Positions 36,548 through 49,851 of a stretch of DNA of 64,000 bases are shown in pieces (within the stretch, counting starts at the first letter, position 1; each line of letters opens with the position of its first letter). The notes beneath the pieces were generated by a model that did not search any database, was not told the DNA's origin, and saw nothing but the letters and a program-made list of their open reading frames with translations. Origin of the DNA: Mobula hypostoma. Its lineage: Eukaryota. The stretch spans positions 80,292,001-80,356,000 of the forward strand of contig NC_086097.1 in NCBI RefSeq assembly GCF_963921235.1, written 5' to 3'. The position numbers and the translations under genes were made by a program.

Positions 36548-38139
36548 GTTCTATCAACAGCAGAAGTTTTTAAATCAAAAATATTCAAAGAGTAAAGTTT
36601 CACCAAGTATTTAAAATACCATAATCTATGAAATGATGTTTATAGATAGTGTTGAAAGTACCTCTGGACACCTGTCCACTCCTTTCCAGTTTCTTTAACT
36701 CCAGAGGCTGAACAAACTTGTATAATCTATTATTCAGTGAAAATATATTTTATTCAGGAAGCCCTCAAAAGTATTAGACATGCAGAAACATACATTTCAA
36801 GATTCTCTGTATTTAATTAACTAGGATTGTTGTTCAGTAGTTTGAACTTACTTCTTCCCTCTCTTAGACTTTATGTTTCAGATAACCAAAGAGAAAATCT
36901 TGTCTCTGGTGCTTGGTAGCTTAAATATTTCAGATATTTAGTTTTGATTGATGTTTCCTTTACTGCATCTGGGGAAGTGCTACTGTTACCTATTTAAAAG
37001 AAAAGACTGCTACTTAACTCAGTTCTTATTTTCTGAAGTGCTCATGATTACACAAGTCCAGGAATTTGCTTCCTTTCCTGTGTTTCCTTAATGAGAATGA
37101 AATTTTAAATAACGTAGTCACAAAAAAAGCTGCGATTTTGTCCACAATCGGAATTTAGAATGTGTATTTAATTTTTATCATGATACTTCTAGTCAAGTTC
37201 CTTTAATGCAGCGATGAAATGTTTCTCAATATGCAAGCATCTGTTCTTGGAGTATCCAACAGGAGTAGTAACAGAAAGAATGCTAGTAAGAAAAGTCTGA
37301 TCATTTCCATTGATCTTTATAGCTAGATTTAGAAACTAAGACAAATTGTGCCTGGCGATAGAAAATGGTTGTGGAATAATAATTTTTAACCAGAATATGG
37401 CACTCTGGAGTGATGAACCTGGTCCACACTACCCACGTTATTCTGGTAACCAGTGAATTAAGCAGCTGGTAACCATCCAATGGAACTGTAAGGGATTACT
37501 ATGGAAAAGAAAGGAGGATGCGAAAAGAAAAAAAAAACATCTAACACCCTCTACAGTATATCAATCTATTCTAGCCCCATTTTTTACTGGGCAAGTTGCA
37601 ACAGAGATGAAGTCGGAGAGACATCAGTGACCTAAGCTATTCTGCTCTCCTTGCCTGGAGATAACTCGTGACAAGTGAAAGTGAATGAAAATGAGGAAGA
37701 AAATCAAACTAATGAGAACCATTTATACATAATTCGCCCTTGAGCATCTTCTGAGTTTATCACAAGATTCTGGATTATTTAACAAAAAACTGATGAACTC
37801 TGCAGATGGCAGCAGTACTTAATAATTATATAAAAATAATTCTCTGTGACAAGAATACTGGAAACAACAGTTTCTGAGAAAGAGGAATTAAAATGTACTT
37901 TTTAAGGAAGATTGGAAATATCGTGAATGACGTCGTGTTTGTGGGGTGAACTAATCAGCACAGGATTGGCGTAGGCAGAGACGAGATAAATGTTTTGAGT
38001 TGGATTTATTTTAACATTAGTTGACAACATAATTTGTTGTTATATTGTAGTATGCTGCTATTCTGAAATATTAGCTTCAGTGAAGATCCCGGCTTAGGTT
38101 GTGCTAGATATACCATATATCCGTTTAAAGAATCAATTA

Positions 38140-38550
38140 TTAGCCACCTAGGACATGCTCTCTTCTTGATGCTGCCATCAGGAAGGAGGTACAGGAGCCG
38201 TAGGACTCTCACCACCAGGTTCAGGAACAGTTTGTGCCCCTCAACCATCATACTCTCGAACCAGATTGGATAACTTCACTCAACTTCACTTGCCCCATCA
38301 TTGCCACAACCAATGGACTCACTTGTCTCATGACCTCGATATTTATTGCATATTTATTTAATATTATTATTATTTCTTTCTTTTTGTGCAGTTTGTTGTC
38401 TTTTGCACACTCGTGGTATGCCAAGTTGGTGAGGTCTTCAATTGATTCTGCTGTGGTTATTATTGGATGGATCTATTGAGTATGTCCACCAGAAAATAAA
38501 TCTTGGGGTTGTATATGTACTTTGATAATAACTTTACTTTGAACTTTGCC
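38140..38550 (+). mobile_element. Rex1/Babar 3' fragment
   Basis: ctgccatcaggaaggaggtacaggagc..accaccaggttcaggaacag; same family as 1947-2432. Confidence 0.8.
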
Positions 38551-39074
38551 AAGATTTTCATCTAAATGGGGAGTGTGAACGTCAACCATAATTCCACCAC
38601 TTTCTATATAGTTGCTCGAGTGGAGGAGATTCAACACTCTCATTTCATATTGTTTCAAATTGATCTTAAACACAAAAGAAACATGATTCTAATTTCTCCT
38701 ATAGATGACCAAATTAAAAAATCTGAATTAAGCTATTGTGACCCCCCCCCCCAAAACTGCCCCAGTGTTAGTTTTCTGCTCCGTGCCAGCCTGATCCTCG
38801 GTGGTGAAGGCACTGCACAGCAGTGGAGTTTCTGCACACAGATAAGATGGAGTGGAAGCTGCAGAACAAGACACGTTTTAAAAACTGCTAAAAAAAACAT
38901 CAAAAGTTGACACATGTGATTTGATTTTGCCAGATATCAAACCTATCAAAATCTTAACATGTTTCTTAATGTCTCTCACACTCAGAAACATTCAAAACAA
39001 TTTTAAAGTATTAGAAGTCAAATAATTAAAATACTTTGAGACTTATAAGAAATAAATAAAACAACCATTATGAA

Positions 39075-39170
39075 TACAAGAGATTCTGTAGATGCTGGAA
39101 ATCCTGAGCAATACACACACACACACACACACACAATTCTGGAGGAACTCAGTAAGTCAGGCACCATTTA
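39075..39170 (-). mobile_element. Neptune-type pLTR fragment with an expanded (CA)n
   Basis: gattctgtagatgctggaaat..(ac)n..ctggaggaactcag. Similar fragments lie at about 20170-20260, 21450-21510, 47940-48060, 50105-50170 and 58805-58865. Confidence 0.65.
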
Positions 39171-39631
39171 TGAACACTTGAAAACATTAAAGATTCAATT
39201 AAACCCAAATTAAAATAAAGGTATTGTAAATTATTTAGTACTTAACTTGTTTGCTTATAGTTGTTTCTTCCCATTAAATGAATGGAGTTGCTGTTTGTGA
39301 TTGTAAGCTGTGCATTGATATCTGGTGAGTACAGAGCACTGTGCAATGGTAAATGTTGGCAATGGTACTCTATTGTAGCTGCCAGCCGGAAAGTCCCTTT
39401 TCTTGTATAAAAACATAAAGAAATACAAGCAGTGTTAAACCAAATTACCCAACTGCTTTATGCTTAAGGTCCTGAAATTTTACCCTGATCACTGTTTACT
39501 GAACAGTTCAGTGAGTAGATTACAGTTCTTAGAAGATAGACAGCTACTCATCTGGTTGCTGTTTTGAAAAATAATTCAGATATTTCAGACAAATGGACAG
39601 GGAGAGGTGGTAATCTGTACAGATTGGTGAT

Positions 39632-40640
39632 AACATCTCCTTGCTGTCGATCAACACTGGTGCACCTTAGGGTTTTGTGCTTAGCCCACTGCTCTACTCT
39701 CTCTATACCCATGACTGTATGTCTAGGCATAGCTCAAATACCATCTATAAATTTGCTGATGATACAACCATTGTTGGTAGAGTCTCAGATGGTGATGAGT
39801 GGGTGTAGAGGAGTGAGATATGCCAACTAGTGAAGTGGTGCTGCAGCAACAACCTGGCACTCAACATCAGTAAGACGAAAGAGCTGATTGTGGACTTCAG
39901 GAAGGGTAAGATGAAGGAATACATACCAATCCTCACAGAGGGATCAGAAGTGGAGAAAGTGTGCAGTTTCAAGTTCCTGGGTGTCAAGATCTCTGAGGAC
40001 CTAACCTGATCACTGATGCGTTTATAAAGAAGGCAAGACAGTGGCTATACTTCATTAGGAGTTTGAAGAGATTTGGCATGTCACCAAATACACTCAAAAA
40101 TTTCTATAGTTGTACTGTGGAGACCTTTCTGACAGGCTGCATCACTGTCTGGTACGGGGTGGGCACTGCACAGGACCGGAAGAAGCTGCAGAGGGTTGTA
40201 AATTTAGTCGGCTCCATCTTGGGTACTAGCCTACAAAGTACCCACGACATCTTCAAGGAGCTGTGTCTCAGAGAGGCAGCGTCCATTATTGAGGACTTCC
40301 AGCATGCAGTGCATGCCCTTTTCTCACTGTTACCATCAGGTAGAAGGTACAGAAGCCTGAAGGCACACACTCAGTGATTCAGGAACAACTTCTTCCCCTC
40401 TGCCATCCAATTCCTAAATGGACATTAAATCCTTGAACACTATCTCAAGTTTTAAATATACCGTTTGTATATTATTTCTGGTTTGCAAGATTTTTAATCT
40501 GTTCAATATACATATACTATAATTTATTTATTTGTTATTATTTTTCTTCTATGTTATGTATTGCATTGAACTGCTGCTACTAAGTTAACAAATTTCACAA
40601 ACATGCTAGTGATAATAAACCTGATTCTGATCCTGATTCT
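39632..40640 (+). mobile_element. Rex1/Babar LINE RT and 3' fragment
   Basis: aaatttgctgatgatacaacc (KFADDTT), KTKELIVDFRK, LLPSGRRYRSLKAHT; aataaacctgattctgat tail. Confidence 0.9.
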
Positions 40641-41222
40641 GGTAGAGTAGACAGGGAGAGGTGGTAGAGAGGAGGTAGAGAGGACAGGGAGAGGAGGTAG
40701 AGAGGACTGGGAGAGGAGGTAGAAAGGACTGGGAGAGGAGGTAGAGTGGACTGGGAGAGATGGTAGAGAGGACAGGGAGTGGAGATAGAGAGGACAGGGA
40801 GAGGAGGTAGAGAGGACGGTGAGGCAGTAGAGAGGACAGGGAGAGGAGGTAGAGAGGACTGGGAGTGGAGGTAGAGAGGACTGGAAGAGGAGGTAGAGTG
40901 GACTGGAAGAGGAGGTAAAGAGGACTGGGAGTGGAGGTAGAGTGGACTGGATGAGGAGGTAGAGAGGACTGGGGGAGGCGGTAGAGTGGACTGGGAGAGG
41001 TGGTAGAGAGGACAGGGAGAGGAGGTAGAGAGGACTGGGGAGGCGGTAGAGTGGACTGGGAGAGGTGGTAGAGAGGACAGGGAGAGGAGGTAGAGAGGAC
41101 TGGGGGAGGAGGTAGAGAGGACTGGGGGAGGCGGTAGAGAGGACAGGGAGAGGAGGTAGAGAGGACTGGGGGAGGCGGTAGAGAGGACAGGGAGAGGAGG
41201 TAGAGAGGACTGGGGGAGGCTT
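40641..41222. repeat. Purine-rich minisatellite, ~22-bp unit gtagagaggactgggagaggag, about 26 copies
   Basis: Directly visible tandem array with variant units. Confidence 0.95.
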
Positions 41223-41249
41223 TGAGTGGACAATGATGAAGGTGATAAA

Positions 41250-41962
41250 AATTACAAGAGGATCTTGATCAGCTGACTAAGGAGGCTAAGGAAGGGTTAA
41301 TGGAGTTTAATTCAGTTAAGTGTGAGGTAGTGCATTTTGGAAAGTAAAATCACGGTAGCACTTTGGTAGGATCCTGGGAGTGTTCTAAAATAGAGGGACC
41401 TTCAAGTTCAAGTGCATGGTTCCCTGAAAGTGATGTGTTAGGTAGACAAGAAGATGAAGGACAGTTTAGACACCTGAGCCTTATTTAATTTGGTTGTCCT
41501 GCTATAGGAAGGATGTTATTAAACTGGAAAGAGTGCAGAAAATATTGACAAGGATTTTGCCAGGACTTGAGGGAGAGGTTGGATAGGCTCGGACTTTATT
41601 TCCTTGAGTGGGGGAGACTTAGGTACGATCCTATAGATGTGTATAAAATGATATGGGGCATAGACAGTGTGAATGCACACAGTTTTTTTCCTGGGAATAG
41701 GAATCAAGAACAAGAGGGCATAGATTTAAGGCGGCCAGGGAAAGATTTATTAGGAGCATGAGGTCAACTTTTTTACACCACGGGTGATATATGTGTGGAA
41801 TGAGCCTCCTGAGGGAGTGGTTGAGGCAGATCCAGTAACAACTGGTAAAGGACAATTGGACAGGTACATGTATTGCAAAGGATATGGGCCAAAGCCTGGA
41901 AAAGCTCGAGCTGGCACCGACCAGTTGGGCTGAAGGACGTGTTCCCATGCTGTATGACTCTG
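41250..41962 (+). mobile_element. Old CR1 3' fragment
   Basis: atggagtttaattcagttaagtgtgaggtagtgcattttgg (MEFNSVKCEVVHF); ends ccatgctgtatgactct. Confidence 0.75.
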
Positions 41963-43084
41963 TGGCTTTGATCTGCATGGCACAACTTTGTCAGGTTAAC
42001 AAGAGAAAAGCAACACAATCCGAACAGCACAGCCACCACGTCATCCTCTTCCGAGTGTTGGCTATCATTGGTTTTCTTGTACTGATAGGAGACCAGATGC
42101 TTCGTGACAACAGGAGGGAAATTGTAAAGCAGAAACAGATGTATCTAATTCCACCATAATATTGATTTGGTTATAATGGCAATGTGAGAAAATGTGTTCA
42201 AACAGAGCCTATTGTTTACAGTACAACACAAGAAATGGTTTTGCTGAGAGCTCTGAAAATCAGTTAGTCTCAACATTACAACCAATTGAATTATATTTTA
42301 TCCTTCCACAGCAAATTTAAAATAGAAGCATTCATATTCTGTTTCATCATTTCCCATCAGACCTCCTGTGCATTCTGTGTTAGACTGGAACAATTCTCCG
42401 AGGGAGTTGGACTGGCACAGGGGCCAAGTGCACCTTTATGTATTCGATGATTCTACATGCTGCTCTTTGAAAATGACCTATAAGTACTACATCTATTTCT
42501 TGTCACACATTTTTCATCATGCTTCATTGATAACATTGCATTGAAACTGCATATGCTCAGACTAAGAGTTTCAAAACAGTCAGTAAGCCTGACAATGAAA
42601 TGAATAGGCACGGCTTGAAAATAGATTCACACTTGCAAATATCAGCTTGTTTTTATCTTTCCAAAGATGTTATTGGTGCTACTCAGATCAGTGTTTACTA
42701 AAGTGTTCAACACATACAGGCAGAGAAAATCAGAAAGGGAGAAAATGTACAAAAGAGCTGTTATTTTGAGTGATGATTCTGCATGCACAGGAACTGTGCA
42801 TCTTTCATGTTGACAATTGTGTCATGTTATCCGCAGCAAGCTCCACTAGTTGCCAATTGTGGGTTGTAAAATTCTAGGAATTACTCACAACTCACCCTGT
42901 GACCCATGAAAGGAGCCTGCTCATAGCTTACCAACAGAGGTTTACTGTATTCCACACCAAGTCAAATTTCCTGATCTCACCTTGAATCACCAGGTTTCTG
43001 CATTTTGGATGTAGGGGCTTAGAATATAGACTTCTTTTCAGTCATATAGTTTTTTTGTATTCTGTGTTTTTCGCCTGATCTTTC

Positions 43085-43292
43085 TTGTTTATTTTGTGCA
43101 GGAGGAGGGATTTGTGGTCGATGTACCTGTTCCATTCTGATGTTATTTTGTGCGGGGAGGGGGGATTTGGGGGTCGATGTGCCTGTTCCATTTTTGTTCA
43201 TTTTTTTTTGGGTGGGAGGAGGGATTTGGCGGTTGATATGCCTGTTTCATTTTGTATGTCTTTTTTATGTAGGGAAAGGGAATTTGGGAGAG
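43085..43292 (+). repeat. Three to four degenerate ~55-60 bp tandem units, probably within a non-autonomous LINE-tail element (about 43018-43340)
   Basis: Unit ttttgtgc..gagggatttg..ggtcgatgt.cctgttccatt is repeated. Confidence 0.65.
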
Positions 43293-45525
43293 GTTAAATG
43301 ACCGTGCTACCTTTCTTTTCCTTCTTAGTTTTACGGCTAAGAAGAATGAAGTTATAGTCACTGCAAAAAAATTATGTGCCTACAAACGTCAATGTAAAGG
43401 AAACAACTGTGCATCTGGCCCATGTCATTAAAATTACTGACATTTCTAAATTCTTAGCAACATTGGAAAGTTTCTACTTGGACCTTTTGGTTTTCATTCA
43501 CAGCAGGATTAAGCTACTTTGAGTATTAAATGTATTTTCCTGGCATACCTTTCCACTTCACTGTGCCTTTGGTAGTCAGATAGTTACCTTGACTCTTTGG
43601 AAGTCCCTTCCTCAGCCTTTTGTCACCTCAGTCTTTGGCTTCAACAGCCTCAGAAGAACCATTGCGATGTTATGCCATCCAATTCCTTCCCAATTTTGTT
43701 TGCTCCCTATCGTGGCTGCATGGTCTTTTATTATGCTGTATGCCTCTTGTTATCACCCCGTAATGATGACCTTCATGCGTAAACGTGCCACTGCAATTCA
43801 GGTTCCACCCACTTGACTGATTTCAATGCCCTTTTTGTGAAGGCACCATTTTTTTTAACACGCATTCTGCAATAGAAATCAGAGGCTATTTTCTTTGATG
43901 TTGCTGCAGATTTTAAAAGCATCCATTGTGAATTGTGTGCAGAACGAGTTGAGGCCAATCTAAGTACTCCCAACAACTGGCTGTCAGAACTACTTTTGGA
44001 GGCTCATTGCTGTGTACGGTGTTTATTATTATTTAACTGTGTGATGATAACAAGATACTATGCTTTCAAAATAAGAAGTGAACAGCTATATATCTATGCA
44101 TATGAATTGAAGAGAACCAAAACTGGCCCTTTTCTGACAGATTATCAGTTTCTGTGGTTTGACATGTAAGAATTTGCTCACATCAATAATTTAACAGAGA
44201 TGAAGATATTCTTAACAGAAAGGCAAGTGCACTGTAGCACCAGGAAAGCACAGGACAGCAAAACTTGGGCAGAGAGTTTAAATACTCAAAGTACCTCAAT
44301 CCTGTTAGGAATGAAAACCAAATGATTTGGGTAGAAACTCTCAAATGTTGTGAATAATTTTAATGGAATGGGCCAGACGCACAGTTTTTTTATATACTCT
44401 TATTTCTAGTTTTTTTTACAGAGACTGTCAAAAGTCAGACCAGGAAACCTGAATTAGACGTTATTCTGCACTGCAGGTGTAGATTTTGTTGTGACTTATA
44501 AACTGCAGTCCTTGTATCTTTAACTCTGGCTTTTCCGCTGTCGTATGCCAACCAGTGCCAAAAGCAATGCGGGCACTCAGAGAGGTTGTGCTATAGACTC
44601 CAGCTTTTAAAGTCAACTCTCAGTAAAGTGAAAAGCAAAACAAATATCATTAGACCAATCACAGCACAATGCTCTCAGGAACCATATTTATTAGTGAGTA
44701 TCAATGGGATAGATCGGTAAAGGCGGCTCCTGTGAGGATAATAAAAAATAGAATCAAGATATTGCCACACACATAAGCCTCTGTCAGCTGCTCTTTGAAA
44801 GCTAAATACATGAGTACGTTCTCATTCCTCATCCCAGTGATGCAATATCTGATCTATTTTAATTTAAATCTTGGATGATTGTTTTTGACAACATTTCAAT
44901 GAATGGATTTAACATCTTTAAACTTTGAGTGAAAGAGGCAAGAGTCCAATTTGCCTATCATTTTCCTTCCTGGCACTGCATTTTTAAAGTAAGTTATTAG
45001 CATGAAGGGATATTTTTCCCTCATATACCTTCAGCAAATGAGGACTGAAGGCAGAATAACACTAACTGGAGTTTGAGAAAGCAGATTTAATGTACATCAG
45101 TGCTGAGGAAGGATGATCAGTGTCAGGCAAAGAAAACGACACCTACATTGCAAACCTTCAGAGACCAAAGTGAAAGAAAATTGAATTTTCACTGCAAATG
45201 TCACTTACAATTTTTCCCATGATATTTCATCAGGTTCAGCTTATTCCTGGATATAGATTTAGGCTCAGTCATTAAAAGTTTCCCCATTGTCACAAACATC
45301 CTTGTGGAAAGCAAGAAGTGCTAAATCTCAATGGGGGACTATTTTTAATCCTGTCGACCTCTTCAGATGTATCTAAGTGATGGCCCGTGGCGTATGGTGA
45401 GATCCAAGACATTGCTTAATGAGGAAAATAATTTAGAATCAATAGTGAGTCCAGAATCATGTCACCCTGAGAACAGAACTCCAGATGGCAGAACATTTAA
45501 GAGTATTTCTCCTGTCATTTACAGG

Positions 45526-46233
45526 TGTAATTACTTGGTTAACATTTTTAGAATGTTTTGGTTTTGGCTAAAGATATGGAACCGTATTGTTCAACTTAGG
45601 GATGTTGTGTCAGCCATTCAGGATGGTGGGATCAGGAGAAGGCTCTAGAGAGAGCTGGGCAGAGAGAGATTTGTGAAGACTCGTGGTCGTTTGGTGGGAG
45701 ATGTGGAGAAGAGAAGATTGGAAAGATGCCCATAGGATTTGATCTGATGGGAAGAGGCTGTTGCAAGGAGTACTCTGCAAGACAATGGAGTCCAAGGTGG
45801 AAAGTTCTACTGGTGAATGGCGATGGAGAAATCAGCACTGTGAGTAACATTTATACTCAGCTTTTGGAAGAGATGAGCGCCAACAGTTTTATGCACATTT
45901 AGCTGGTCTAACTGTAATAGGCTGCTTTATTTTTTTCTTTATTTTCTTTCCATTCATAACTGCTTGACAAAGCTGAAATTGGTAAATATACTTACTTTAT
46001 AATTTTATGCGGTGTATGATTTGTCATTTCTTGGTGACCAGTAATTCTGTATCAGTAGTATTTACACAGCATTTGCTCAAATCTAGGTTCTGTTAATCAG
46101 AACGTCCCAAATTGTACTGATCTGAGACATATGCTGTTTATGGAAGGTGGCCTTCTCACCGCTAAACCGCGTGGCTGTTGGCAGAGTTTGCTAACGAGCC
46201 AAGTTTGCATACGGGCCCAGTGAGAGCGTTACA
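45526..46233. mobile_element. Probable old solo LTR (708 bp)
   Basis: tgtaa...ttaca termini, imperfect 4-bp TSD cagg / ctgg, and length and motif order similar to the reverse complement of 9631-10345. Confidence 0.55.
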
Positions 46234-46301
46234 CTGGTGAATTTAATGTTATGCGAGCACTTAACATGGATTATGCCACATGTTCATTTCCATTACATTC
46301 A

Positions 46302-46970
46302 TATAGTCAGTGGCCACTTCACTAGGTGCAACTGTACACCTACTCATTAATGCAAATGTCTAATCAGCCAGTCATGTGGCAGCAACTCAATGCATGAAAG
46401 AATGCAGACACGGTCAAGAGGTTCAGTTGTTTTTCAAACCAAGCCATCAGAATGGGGAAGAAATGTGATCTAAGGGACTTTGACGGTGGAATAATTTTTG
46501 GTACCAGAGGGGATGGTTTGAATATGTCACAAACTACTGATCTCCTGGGATTTTCATGCACAACAGTCTCTAAGACAAGGGTCCCCAACCTTTTTAATAC
46601 TTTGGACCCCTACCATTAACCGAGGTGTCTGTGGAACCCAGGTTGGGAAAACCCGATCTAGAGTTTACATAGAATGGTGCAAAAAAACAAATAAAACTCC
46701 TTTGAGAAGCATTTCAGTTGGTTCAGAAGCCTTTGTTAATGCAAAAGGTCAGAGGAGAATGGCCAGACTGGATCAGCTGACCAGAAGATAGCAGTAACCG
46801 AAATAACCGTGTGTTACAACAATAATGTACAGAAGAGCATCTCTGAATGCACAACACCTCGAATCTTTAACTGGCTGTGCTATAGCAGCAGAAGACCATG
46901 AAAATACAGGTGGACATGATGGCCACCTTATTAGGTACAGGAGGTACATAATAAAATGGCCTCTGAGCTT
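46302..46970 (+). mobile_element. Tc1/mariner internally deleted element
   Basis: TIR tcagtggccacttcactaggtgca / gtacataataaaatggcctctga; transposase N-terminus MGKKCDLRDFDGGIIFGTRGDGLNMSQTTDLLGFSCTTVS from about 46452. Confidence 0.8.
46576..46655. mobile_element. ~80-bp hAT-Charlie-like MITE nested in the Tc1
   Basis: caagggtccccaacc...ggttgggaaaacccg, with tcta on both flanks; Tc1 coding sequence resumes afterwards. Confidence 0.65.
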
Positions 46971-49326
46971 ATGTCATCTAGCTTTATTTAAATTCTTATC
47001 AGTGGGAAAATTACATGTAGTCTTTCTGACCTATGCCCCTCAAAATTGAATATACCTGAGTCACATTTCCTTTTAACCTTCCTCTCTTCACATAAAACAG
47101 ACCTCACCTCTCCAGACTTCCTTCATAATTGAAAAGCTGGCAACATCTTGGTGAATCTCTTCCACTCTTTGTCACATCTTTTCTATAGTGTGGTGATCAA
47201 AACAGTTTCCAATACTCTACCTGAGATCTGATCAATGTTTTATAAAGTTGGTGCATAACTCCGTTTTGAGATGCATGCTCTCAGGTGCTAAGGGTTCAAG
47301 CTCTAGAATTCCCTTCCAAAACCCCTCGGTCTCTCTGCTCCTATTTTCACTTTGAAGATCATCCTTAAAGCCTCCCTTACTGGCCAAGCTGGTCAGCTGT
47401 GCTGATATTTCTTCATACACTTCAGTGTCAAAGATTGTTTAATGATAATCCTGCGAAATGCCTTGGAATGTTTGCTTTGCTAGAGTGCTGTACATATGAG
47501 AGGTGATGTCACCGTGGTTTTCTAGTTGCAAAATCACGTGTTCTAAATTGAATTCAACCCCATTGAGCCAAAGCAGGAAATTTACTGTAATATCCAGTGC
47601 ATTAGTCATATCCATCTATAAATCCATTCCTTGCCATTTCTGTATACACCCCTCCACACTACTTAACCTCAGCCTCCTCCCCCACCCCCACCACCAGTTT
47701 CTGGGTATTTCAGTTTTAAGGCACTTTTCAGAAAAAAAGAGTTACTGAGTGTAGCTAACATTGCAGTCTGGGAAAACTTGCTGCTCACATCACTGAAAGC
47801 TTACAAAGTCAAATTTAAAATTGTGCTTTTTCCTGCAGTCCATTTGGAATTGAAAGTCTTGTCTACAACAATAGTGCAAGTGGGAATGACACTGTCAGAG
47901 AGGCTGCCCAGTAACAGGTCAAGTCCAATATTGGGAGTGGACACACAAGAGACAGTAGAGGCTGGAAACCAAAGCTACATTAGGTGTAAGAGGAACTCAA
48001 TAGGTCAGGCAGCATCTGTAGAGGGAAATGGACAGTCACTGTTTTTGATTGAGACCTATTGTATGTAATAGACAGGGCTGTTAAACAGCAGATGGGTGGA
48101 ATGTAGCTAAATGTGGCTCTAACCATAGTCAGAAGATACAGACTTGAAATACTTACTGATGTGTCCTCTGGAGTATAAGTCAAAACCCCACCACCCTATC
48201 CCTTTCGGTCCTTTGAAATATTCTTGGAAAACAGCCTTGCACAATGGTTTTAACAGCAAGTCATAGTCCATGCACTTGCCCCCTCCCGAGCTATATCGTC
48301 AGAACATTTTCAGTGTATTAGATGTACTCCATTTTTGGAGAAACTTAATAATTAGCATTACTTATTTACAGTAAGACCCACAAACAGTAATGCAACAATT
48401 AATCATTTAGAAGGCTACAAATAATGCACCCGTAAAACAGACACTGGGAGTTGAGATGATTAATGCAGGCAGTGTGCAAACTTCAAGCACCCTGCTTTCG
48501 CAATGATTGGAACATTCAGCCGCTGCTAATTGTGCTGCTCAGCAGCTAAACGCTTTACTGGTTAAAATAAGCTGCATCATTTAAAGCTGACTTGCTTCTT
48601 ATAAAGGGAAGGTGTAACGTGGCTGGTGCAGAAGTTGCCAAATTATCTGTAACTTTAAGTATTTGCACATTTGAGAAGGTTGCCATGGTCCTCCATTAGC
48701 TCTGAGTCTAAATCCTGAAACTCCCGACTCAGAAACACAGTGGGAGTACCGTCAACAGAACATCTGTATCAGTCCAGATAGATAGCTCACTGTAACCTCT
48801 TCAGCTGCAATCAGGATGGACAGCAATACCTTAACACGTACTCAAAAATGAATAATTCGAAAGTAAAAATGGAACTAAATAGGGAGTATGGATTTTGCAG
48901 ATTTCAGCACAGAAGAAGTGGACAGTACAAAAGATGTCCTCAACCCAGAGTAAGCCAGAAAACAGCATGAGCAGATAACCCATTGATTCAATGTCAGCAG
49001 TCAAACTCTGTGGACCCAGACACAGAGCTGCAAACACTTCACTGACCCCACTCAGTGACACAGGATATTACAGGTATCTTCAAATCTGCACACGAGAAAC
49101 ATGTCAGATTGACACATCCTATCGCTGATCTCCATCAGCAGTCAGAGAGTCCCTTGTACTTTAGCTTTGCACCCACCCCACAACTGGATGCACTGACATC
49201 ATTTCACCCATGCCAACCATATCCCCTAAAACAATATGTGACTTTTGTACTTCCCATTTTGCTTCGACTGCAGAATCTGTGGAAGGAGATATGTGGTTGT
49301 GGGAAAAACGAACTGGCTTTAAGATT

Positions 49327-49851
49327 CAAACAACAGGAATTCTGCAGATGCTGGAAATTCAAGCAACACACATCAAAGTTGCTGGTGAACGCAGCAGGCC
49401 AAGCAGCATCTGTAGGAAGAGGCGCAGTCGACGTTTCAGGCCAAGACCCTTCATCAGGACTAACTGAAGGAAGAGTGAGTAAGGGATTTGAAAGTTGGAG
49501 GGGGAGGGGAGATCCAAAATGATAGGAGAAGACAGGAGGGGGAGGGATAGAGCCAAGAGCTGGATAGGTGATTGGCAAAAGGGGATATGAGAGGATCATG
49601 GGATAGGAGGTCCGGGAAGAAAGACAAGGGGGGGGGACCCAGAGAATGGGCAAGAGGTATATTCAGAGGGACAGAGGGAGAAAATGGAGAGTGAGAGAAA
49701 GAATGTGTGCATAAAAATGAGTAACAGATGGAGAACGAGGGGGAGGTGGGGCCTTAGCGGAAGTTAGAGAAGTCGATGTTCATGCCATCAGGTTGGAGGC
49801 TACCCAGACGGAATATAAGATGTTGTTCCTCCAACCTGAGTGTGGCTTCAT
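49327..49851 (-). mobile_element. Young Neptune-type Penelope-like 3' fragment
   Basis: DEATLRLEEQHLIFRLGSLQPDGMNIDFSNFR* (GIY-YIG C-terminus) followed by the pLTR; flanked by ctttaagatt at 49317-49326 and 49852-49861. Confidence 0.85.
49425..49462 (-). ncRNA. Minimal type-I hammerhead ribozyme, apparently intact
   Basis: Minus strand reads UAGUC-CUGAUGA-AGG-gucuugg-CCU-GAAA-CG-UC|GACUG. Stem I UAGUC/GACUG, stem II present, palindromic ACGU in place of stem III, GUC cleavage triplet. Confidence 0.8.

Noticed and set aside
40595..41233. 212-aa Ser/Pro/Leu-rich ORF
   Set aside because: Translation of the 22-bp minisatellite.
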